Shown here piece after piece: positions 57,290-64,000 of a DNA stretch of 64,000 nucleotides; positions within the stretch are counted from its first letter, which is position 1; the number at the start of each line of letters is the position of its first letter. The notes beneath the pieces were generated by a model, which searched no databases, was not told the DNA's origin, and was given only the letters and a program-made list of their open reading frames with translations. The DNA comes from an uncultured delta proteobacterium (lineage in GTDB: Bacteria > Myxococcota_A > Polyangia > Haliangiales > Haliangiaceae). The position numbers were made by a program, and so were the translations under genes. The stretch spans positions 299,530 to 363,529 of the forward strand of contig CAVUQH010000002.1 in assembly GCA_963743525.1 (NCBI GenBank), in the 5' to 3' direction.

Positions 57290-57418
57290 ACACCGGCGGC
57301 GTGCGGGCAAGAGAAAGCCGGCGCCGCAGGAGGGGACTGCGGCGCCGGCTGAGGGAAAGAGCGACGGCCTGGCGGGATGGGGAGGGAGGAGGAGCGCTGG
57401 CCGTCGCGAAACGTGATC

Positions 57419-57960
57419 CTACAGCTGACTCTTCGACCAGAGCTCGTAGTCGCCCTGGCCCTCGAGGACGAGGTCGCGCTCGTGCGGCTTCAGCAGGATG
57501 TACTGGGTGCCATCGTCGGAGAACATGGCGAAGTTGGCCTCGCAATCACCCGGGCCTCCCTGGGTGATCTTCATGTTGACGTTCATGTTGGCCGGGATCG
57601 TCGTCCCAGGTGTAGTCGTAGCCGGCCTCGTCGGGCAGCTCGGTGACCGTGAAATGATAGGCGGCGTTGATCGGCACGTCGGTGCAGTCGCCCATGTCGG
57701 CGACCGTTACGTTCACGGTCCACTCTCCGGTGGGGATACAGCCCGCATCGGCGGCTGGCGGCGTGCCGGGCGGGGTCAGGCTGCCGCTGGTCGCCAGCGT
57801 AGCCGAGCAGACGAGATCCGCTTCGCCATTGACGTTGACGCCGCCATCGCCGTTGCTGTTCCGGGCCGGGATTGACGCCGTCGAGCGCACACCCGCCGCC
57901 GGCGAACGCGGCGATCACGGCGGCAAACACGAAGGTAACCAGTCTGGAGCTACGAGCCAT
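57419..57960 (-). CDS. Hypothetical Cys-containing lipoprotein (two frameshifts)
   Basis: Lipobox GGGC; fragments join to end ...LEGQGDYELWSKSQL*. Confidence 0.55.
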
Positions 57961-58139
57961 GATGCCGATGGGTGGAGCAACTTGCAGGCCATCTCCTGTC
58001 CTTGTGATTTCGCGCAGCTGGGGACTGAGGGATGGAGCCTCCGCCCCCGCGCCAGGGCCCCCAGACCCCGCGGCCACCGGGCTAAGAGGCCGAGATCACG
58101 TCCGTCGCCCCTGGAACAGGGAGTGCAAATCCCCACCCC

Positions 58140-59239
58140 ATGCTTCGCTCCGCCGGCCTTCTCATCGCCATCGCCGCCATCGCCTTCCCGGGCTGTTCGC
58201 GGCACGAGAAGTCATCTGAACCGGCCCCGGCCAAGACCGCAGGCTCCGGCCAAGACCGAGGCAGCCGCCGCGCCCACCGCCCAGGCCAACGCCGGCGACG
58301 GTGTGGTGGACAGCCGATGGTCGTCATCGCAACCTCCAGGACTGGAACCCTGCCGAGTTCAAGGGCAAGACGCGGCCGCCGGTGGAAGGATCCCGCCGTC
58401 TATGTCGACGGGCGGGAAGTCGGCGTGCTCTGGTTCGGCGAGCTGCCGCGATCGCTGAAGCCAACCTGGATCGAACGGACGTGGAAGGAGCTCGACTTCA
58501 AGCCCGGCGACAAGGGCCCCCGCACGCGCACGATCAAGGTGCGACGCTACCGGCTCGACCACTATCTCGAGGCGGTCGGCGTTGACATCAGCAAGGTCAA
58601 GCGCGTCCAGATCTACGGTGGCAAGGGCAACGTCTCGGACATCTCCGGCGCGCAGTTCCGCAAGTTCCGCAAGACGATCATGTTCGGCTTCGGTCGCCTC
58701 ACCTCGGGCAAGGCGATTCCCTACTACCCCGAGGGACTGAAGCTGCGACCAGATGTTCGACCGCATGGTTGGCGTCGCCGTCTACATCGACAAGGCGCCG
58801 CCCAAGCTCGACAAGGACGACTACCCGCTGGGCGCCGACGGCGAGCGCACCGCCGACATTCCCTACTTCGGGAAGCCGATCCGCGGCGGCATTCGCGTCT
58901 ACAAGAACGACGTGCTGGCCACGACGATCAAGCGCAAGCACCTCGATCCCAAGGCGGCGTACGCGGTGCACAAGGACAACGGCGAGCTCTGGTACGACCT
59001 GGTGCCGGCGCTCGAGTCGCTCGGGGTCAAGATGTCCGACGTGGTCGACGCCGAGGTCGTGTTCGACGAGCGGCGGGTCAAGATCATCCACCGCGACGAG
59101 CTGCTGAAGCGGCAGTTCATCGCCACGTCGCAGAACCGCGGCGCGATTCGAGCTGGACGACGGCACGGTGGTCGAGGCGCTCACGCTGTACACCAAGAAG
59201 CTGCCCGGGCCGATGCCGCCGATCTCGGATGACGAGTAG
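58140..59239 (+). CDS. Hypothetical lipoprotein with an internal duplication (several frameshifts)
   Basis: Lipobox FPGC; GC3-biased fragments join to end ...PISDDE*. Confidence 0.65.
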
Positions 59240-59288
59240 GCGGCCCCGACGCCCCGCGCGGATGGCCAAAACGGGCTAGAGTTGTTCC

Positions 59289-60509
59289 GTGCCCAAAGCC
59301 ACCCTCGACCCGCGGCTGCGCGCGCTGTATCTGATCGCGGTCGCGATCGGGGTGTTCCTGGTCCACACGTGGTGGATCGTCGGCACCGTCGCGGCGATTC
59401 AGGCGGTGTTGTGGATGGCGGTGGGGCTGGGCGTTCCGCGACTGCTCCGCCAGCTGCGCAAGCTGGCGCTGTTCCTCGGCTTCATCCTGGCCTGTTTCGC
59501 GCTGGTCACGAACGATCCGGCGACGGACCGCTGGCGGACGCTGGTCATTCCGGTTCTCCACTGGGGCATCGACATCAACCTGTCGGGCGCGCTGGTCGGC
59601 CTGACCATGGTCATGCGCGTGTTGTCGGTGGTGCTGGCCTCGCAGGTGATCCGCGCCGGCGACCCCAAGGCGCTGGCCGCCGGCCTCGGTCGCCTGGGCG
59701 TGCCGCGGACGGTGTCGCTGTCGATCGACGCGGTGCTGGCGTTGCTGGGCGAGCGCGGCCGGCGCGGCGGCGGCGGCGGCGGTGGCGGCACCGGCGGCGG
59801 CGGTGGTGGCGGTCGTGGGCGCGGCGATGGCGGCGGGGACGGCAAGGCCGAGGGCGGTGGCTTCTGGGCCGGGCTGCGGCGGCTGGCCCGCGGCGACGTG
59901 TCGCTCATCGCCGCCAGCCTGCGCCGGCAGATGGCCCGCGCCGAGGAGCACGTGGTCGCCCAGGGCGAGACCGAGGGCCGGCGCGCGCGCGACGTCGCCG
60001 TCATCTCCGGCATCGCCCTGACCATGCTGGGCATCAAGGCGCTCAAGCTGCTGCCCGGGCTGCCGTTCGCGCCCGGGCACAAGGGCGTCATCCTCATCCC
60101 GCTGTACATCGTCGCCGGGCGCCTGACCAAGTCCCGCGCAGGCGCCACGCTCACCGGTCTGACCATGGGCTCCTGCGCCTTTCTCCTGGGCGATGGGCGC
60201 TACGGCATCTTCGAAATCTTCAAGCACGTGGCCCCGGGCGTGGTGGTGGACCTGGGCATGCCGATCATGCGCGGGCGCCGGGCCATCTGGGCCTGGTCGC
60301 TGTTCGGCCTGGTCATCGCCCTGGGGCGCTTCGCCACCATCGCCTGCATCGCACTGGCAGTGCAGGCACCGGCGGTGGTGTACGCCTTCCTCCTCCCCGG
60401 TCTGGCCATCCACGCCACGTTCGGCGTGCTTTCGGGTATCGTTACCGCTCCCTTGATTCGCGCGCTGCCGCAAGACGATGAAGAAAACGCAGCCACGGAG
60501 GCAGAATGA
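59289..60509 (+). CDS. ECF-transporter-like membrane protein (EcfT/CbiQ-like N-half, Gly linker, S-component-like C-half)
   Basis: LDPRLR start and multiple TMs; poly-Gly linker; APGHKGV..GATLTGLTMG and further TMs. Confidence 0.7.
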   Translation: MPKATLDPRLRALYLIAVAIGVFLVHTWWIVGTVAAIQAVLWMAVGLGVPRLLRQLRKLALFLGFILACFALVTNDPATDRWRTLVIPVLHWGIDINLSGALVGLTMVMRVLSVVLASQVIRAGDPKALAAGLGRLGVPRTVSLSIDAVLALLGERGRRGGGGGGGGTGGGGGGGRGRGDGGGDGKAEGGGFWAGLRRLARGDVSLIAASLRRQMARAEEHVVAQGETEGRRARDVAVISGIALTMLGIKALKLLPGLPFAPGHKGVILIPLYIVAGRLTKSRAGATLTGLTMGSCAFLLGDGRYGIFEIFKHVAPGVVVDLGMPIMRGRRAIWAWSLFGLVIALGRFATIACIALAVQAPAVVYAFLLPGLAIHATFGVLSGIVTAPLIRALPQDDEENAATEAE

Positions 60510-61348
60510 GTAAGCTCGTGACCGGCGACGGTCGAACCCACGTCAAGTCGTCCCTGATGCGGGAGTCGCTGCAAAACCGCGACGTCCTGTCCGGCACCGA
60601 CAGCGACTACGACTTCCAAATCTTTCCCGACGTCGCCCTGATCAGCGTCGGCGGGCAGAGCATCTTCGACCGCGGTCGAGAGGCGCTGGTTCCCCTGGCC
60701 GAAGAGATCGCAGCGGTGCGCGAGAACCACCGCATCGTGGTCGGCGTCGGCGGCGGCACCCGCGTGCGTCACACCGCGTCGATCGCCCTCGATCTGGGCC
60801 TGCCGGTCGGCGGCGTGGCCCAGCTGGTCGGCTCGATGGAGGAGCTCAACGCCATCGTGCTCAACGCGCTGCTGTCGAAGCACAACTCGATGCCGATGCA
60901 GCGCGACCACTTCTGGGAGCTGCCGCTCTATCTCAACGCCGGCATGATCCCGATCTGCATCTCGATCCCGCCGTACCACCTGTGGGAGCCGCCGCCCGAG
61001 CACGGCCACCTGCCGGCCCACGGCTCGGACTTCGGCCTGTTCCAGATGGCCGAGGTGTTGGCGTTCAAGCAGCTGATCTTCGTCAAGGACGAGGACGGGC
61101 TGTACGACAAGGATCCCAAGAAGCACGACGACGCCAAGCTCATCCGCCACGCCACGCTGGCCGAGCTGACCGACGACGCCGGCCACTGCAAGCTCGAGGA
61201 GAGCATCCTCGACAAGCAGCTGTTCTGGGCCTGGAACCACGCGCGCAACATCAAGCGCATCCAGATCGTCAACGGCCTGGTGCCGGGCGAGCTCACCAAG
61301 GCTCTCGACGGTCAGGACAACGGCACCGTCATCGTCAAGGAGGACTGA
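60506..61348 (+). CDS. mosA: Molybdenum storage protein alpha-like subunit (amino-acid-kinase/UMP-kinase fold)
   Basis: HVKSSLMRESLQNRD, DRG..LVPL, LDLGLPVG, PPYHLWE and NGLVPGELTKAL motifs. Confidence 0.75.
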   Translation: MSKLVTGDGRTHVKSSLMRESLQNRDVLSGTDSDYDFQIFPDVALISVGGQSIFDRGREALVPLAEEIAAVRENHRIVVGVGGGTRVRHTASIALDLGLPVGGVAQLVGSMEELNAIVLNALLSKHNSMPMQRDHFWELPLYLNAGMIPICISIPPYHLWEPPPEHGHLPAHGSDFGLFQMAEVLAFKQLIFVKDEDGLYDKDPKKHDDAKLIRHATLAELTDDAGHCKLEESILDKQLFWAWNHARNIKRIQIVNGLVPGELTKALDGQDNGTVIVKED

Positions 61349-61350
61349 AC

Positions 61351-62163
61351 GTGGCCGAGCGCAAGACCATTGCCAGCGCCCTGCAGGGCGACAGCCTCAC
61401 CGACACCGACGCCAGCGCCATCGACTACAAGGGCGTCGCCGTCATGCCCGACGTGCGGGTGATCAAGATCGGCGGACAGTCGGTGATGGACCGCGGCCGC
61501 GCGGCCCTGTTCCCGATCATCGAAGAGCTGGTGGCCGCCCGCAAAGAGGGCATCCCGATGCTGCTCCTGGCCGGCGGCGGCACCCGCGCCCGGCACATCT
61601 ACGCCATCGCCTCGGAGCTGGAGCTGCCCACCGGCGTCCTGGCCGCCGTGGGCAAGTACGTGCCGATGCAGAACGCCCGCATGCTGCAGATGCTGCTGGC
61701 CAAGCACGGCGGCGTGTTCATCCTGCCGGACGACTTCGAGAAGCTGCCGCTGTACATCAACATGGGCTGCGTGCCGATCATGGCCGGCATGCCGCCGTTC
61801 GGCTACTGGGAGAAGCGCGGCGACACCGGCGGCCGCATCCCGCCGCACCGCACCGACGCGGGCGTGTTCCTGTCGGCCGAGTTCCTCGGCTGCAAGCGGG
61901 CGATCTTCATCAAGGACGAGCACGGGATGTACACCGACGATCCGAAGAAGAACCCGGACGCCACGCACATCCCGCGCATCAGCGCCACCGAGCTGCTCCA
62001 GCGCGACCTGCCCGACCTGATCCTCGAGCGGGTCTGCATCGAGTACCTCACCCGCTCGCGCTGGGTGAAGGAGCTGCAGGTGGTCAACGGACTGGTCCCC
62101 GGCGAGGTGACCCGGGCGATGCGCGGCGAGGACGTCGGCACCATCGTCTATCACGAAGGCTGA
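61351..62163 (+). CDS. mosB: Molybdenum storage protein beta-like subunit
   Basis: SLTD, VIKIGGQSVMDRGRAA, GTRARHIY, GMPP, IPPHRTDAGVFL and IPRIS motifs. Confidence 0.8.
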   Translation: MAERKTIASALQGDSLTDTDASAIDYKGVAVMPDVRVIKIGGQSVMDRGRAALFPIIEELVAARKEGIPMLLLAGGGTRARHIYAIASELELPTGVLAAVGKYVPMQNARMLQMLLAKHGGVFILPDDFEKLPLYINMGCVPIMAGMPPFGYWEKRGDTGGRIPPHRTDAGVFLSAEFLGCKRAIFIKDEHGMYTDDPKKNPDATHIPRISATELLQRDLPDLILERVCIEYLTRSRWVKELQVVNGLVPGEVTRAMRGEDVGTIVYHEG

Positions 62164-62180
62164 GCCGTCTCCCCGAGGCA

Positions 62181-62227
62181 AACGAAAAGCGGCTCCGAGC
62201 TCATGGCCCGGAGCCGCTTCTGGTTTC
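62181..62227. terminator. Bidirectional terminator between convergent genes
   Basis: AAGCGGCTCCG...CGGAGCCGCTT hairpin with A/T-rich flanks. Confidence 0.7.
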
Positions 62228-62242
62228 GAATCGAGCCGAGGC

Positions 62243-62836
62243 TCAGTTCTTGGTCGCGCCAGCGGCCGGGTCGGCCGGCTTGGCGCTGTCGCCGTCGCCG
62301 TCGCCGTCGCCCTTGCCGGTGTCGCCGGCTTCCATCTTCTTCATCCGGGCGTCGACCTCGGTCTTGATGGCGGCGACATCACCGCCCGCCTTCGGCTTCA
62401 TCGTCACCTTGATGCCCGTGTCGGTGTCCTCGAAGGTGGAGTCGCTGTCCTTGATGAACGCCGGGCACGGCCCAGCCTGGCCACCGGTGCCTTCGCCGGT
62501 GTGCTCGACCTTGTCGCCGGCCTTGCCCTGCTGAGCGGCCAGCACCTTGGCGCGCGCCTGGATCTCCTTGACCGCGTCACCCTCGGCGCTGACGGTCACG
62601 ACGACGGCTCCGTCGGCCTCGCTGACCTCGGTCTTGGCGCCTTCGACCGTGTTCGGGCAGTTCTTCTGCTTGTTGGGCATGGTCGAGGCCTCGGGCTTCG
62701 CGGGCTCTGGCGCCTTCTGCGCCGGCTCGGTCGGCGTGGGCGCCGGGGCCGGGGTCTCGGTCTTGTTCTCGTCCTTCTTCTTGCAGGCACCGCTCATGGC
62801 GATGGCGAAGATGGAGATCGCAAACAGCGTACGCAT
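62243..62836 (-). CDS. Hypothetical lipoprotein
   Basis: Lipobox SGAC-KKK; GGAGG RBS; two CP-containing repeats. Confidence 0.8.
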   Translation of the reverse strand: MRTLFAISIFAIAMSGACKKKDENKTETPAPAPTPTEPAQKAPEPAKPEASTMPNKQKNCPNTVEGAKTEVSEADGAVVVTVSAEGDAVKEIQARAKVLAAQQGKAGDKVEHTGEGTGGQAGPCPAFIKDSDSTFEDTDTGIKVTMKPKAGGDVAAIKTEVDARMKKMEAGDTGKGDGDGDGDSAKPADPAAGATKN

Positions 62837-62941
62837 CGTAGTGGAGCCTCCCTAAATGGCTAGTTGAGGCGTCGAGGCTATCACGGTGGGCGAGAACGTG
62901 TGGGCGGCCGCGCGGCGCCCGGGATCGGCTATCCTCGCCCC

Positions 62942-63325
62942 GTGCTCGCCCGCACCCTGCCCCTGCTCCTGGCCGTCGCCCTGCTCGCGACGATGCCGGG
63001 CCGTGCCGGCGCCGGCAGCAAGCCGTCGGCGGACACCCTGGGCCTGGGCGTTCCCGGTGGCTCCCGCGTGGTCGCCGTCCAGACCTGGCGCTCCGGGCGG
63101 AGCTTTCGCAAGACGGTTCAGTACTACCAGAAGCTCCTGTCTCGCCGCGGAATCGCCCGCGACGAGCTGCCCGTCTACCGCTATCGGGGGGTGGTCGTCG
63201 CCCGCTTCCTGGCCACCGATCCGGCGGCTCGATGGGCGGCGATCCACGTGTCAGAGGCGCGGGGCGAGACCCGAATCTACCTCCTGCCGGCCAAGCCCCT
63301 TGACCCCGCCGAAAAGCCAAGGTAA
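62942..63325 (+). CDS. Small hypothetical secreted protein
   Basis: Signal-peptide-like N-terminus; TATCCT 6 nt before the GTG. Confidence 0.6.
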   Translation: MLARTLPLLLAVALLATMPGRAGAGSKPSADTLGLGVPGGSRVVAVQTWRSGRSFRKTVQYYQKLLSRRGIARDELPVYRYRGVVVARFLATDPAARWAAIHVSEARGETRIYLLPAKPLDPAEKPR

Positions 63326-63353
63326 AGGAATTCTCCCCTGTTCGGGGACCCAC

Positions 63354-63427
63354 TCGGGGATCGTCTAACGGCAGGACGGCAGACTCTGGATCTGTCTATC
63401 TAGGTTCGAATCCTAGTCCCCGAACCA
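63354..63427 (+). tRNA. tRNA-Gln (CTG)
   Basis: Cloverleaf with anticodon loop CTCTGGA, GGTTCGAATCC T-arm and encoded CCA. Confidence 0.95.
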
Positions 63428-63459
63428 CCCCAGACATCCCAACCAAGGAAACGATTCAC

Positions 63460-63531
<72 letters not shown>

Positions 63532-64000
63532 CCCAAAGAAGCTCCGGTTCGTCCGCCGGAGCTTTGTTTTTTTCGGCTCGACCTTACCCCACCGGGACCG
63601 GGCCGCCGCAGGCGGCCCGCCCGCGCTGGGCGCGGGGCGAACCCTCCGGGTTCGACTTCGCAGCGCCCTCCCGCGCGAGCGCGGGGACGCTGCTTCGTCG
63701 CCGCGGCTGCAAAATTCCGCTCCGCGGAATTTCTGCAGCCAGCGGTCGAGTCCCGGTTCGGTCACCCCAAGAAGCTCCGGTTCGTCCGCCGGAGCTTTGT
63801 TTTTTTCGGCTCGACCTTACCCCACCGGGACCGGGCCGCCGCAGGCGGCCCGCCCGCGCTGTGCGCGGGTCGAACCCTCCGGGTTCGACTTCGCAGCGCC
63901 CTCCCGCGCGAGCGCGGGGACGCTGCTTCGTCGCCGCGGCTGCAAAATTCCGCTCCGCGGAATTTCTGCAGCCAGCGGTCGAGTCCCGGTTGGGTCACCA
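63532..64000 (+). repeat. Two near-identical 233-bp tandem tRNA-linked repeats (may continue past the window)
   Basis: Units 63532-63764 and 63765-63997; each starts with a terminator hairpin and ends with a copy of the tRNA-Glu 3' end. Confidence 0.95.

Noticed and set aside
60506..62163. Duplicated pyrH (UMP kinase)
   Set aside because: Both genes lack the PyrH KLSGE and GNPFFTTD motifs and show MosA/MosB-type motifs instead.

Overview
This window is GC-rich bacterial DNA. A MYXO-CTERM sorting signal, many Ser/Thr kinases, FHA proteins and Cys-lipoproteins point to a myxobacterium (Myxococcota); this is inferred from gene content only. From left to right it holds: thioredoxin/DsbD genes; a phosphosignalling block (kinase, FHA, PP2C, zinc-ribbon-FHA-FHA) beside an FHA-CpaF/TadA ATPase and a Flp-like peptide; a GH113 hydrolase; a four-helix-bundle gene with a ~500 bp hexamer array; lepA with two signal peptidases; several metabolic genes; a degenerate glycosyltransferase-PspA fusion; an AAA-TPR protein and an HRG pseudokinase; an aromatic acyl-CoA catabolic operon; a beta-helix/diheme cytochrome pair; argE plus a NAGS-type gene; a sigma54-type operon of a MYXO-CTERM protein and two diheme lipoproteins; an ECF-like membrane protein coupled to mosA/mosB molybdenum-storage homologues; and tRNA-Gln/tRNA-Glu followed by 233-bp tRNA-linked repeats. 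Many genes carry single-base frameshifts, most likely long-read errors, so several supplied ORFs are artefactual fusions or fragments. The best candidates for undescribed systems are the ECF-like/MoSto operon, the surface diheme cytochrome operon, the GT-PspA fusion, the four-helix-bundle/repeat cassette and the tRNA-linked repeats. All family calls come from reading motifs by eye; no database searches were run.
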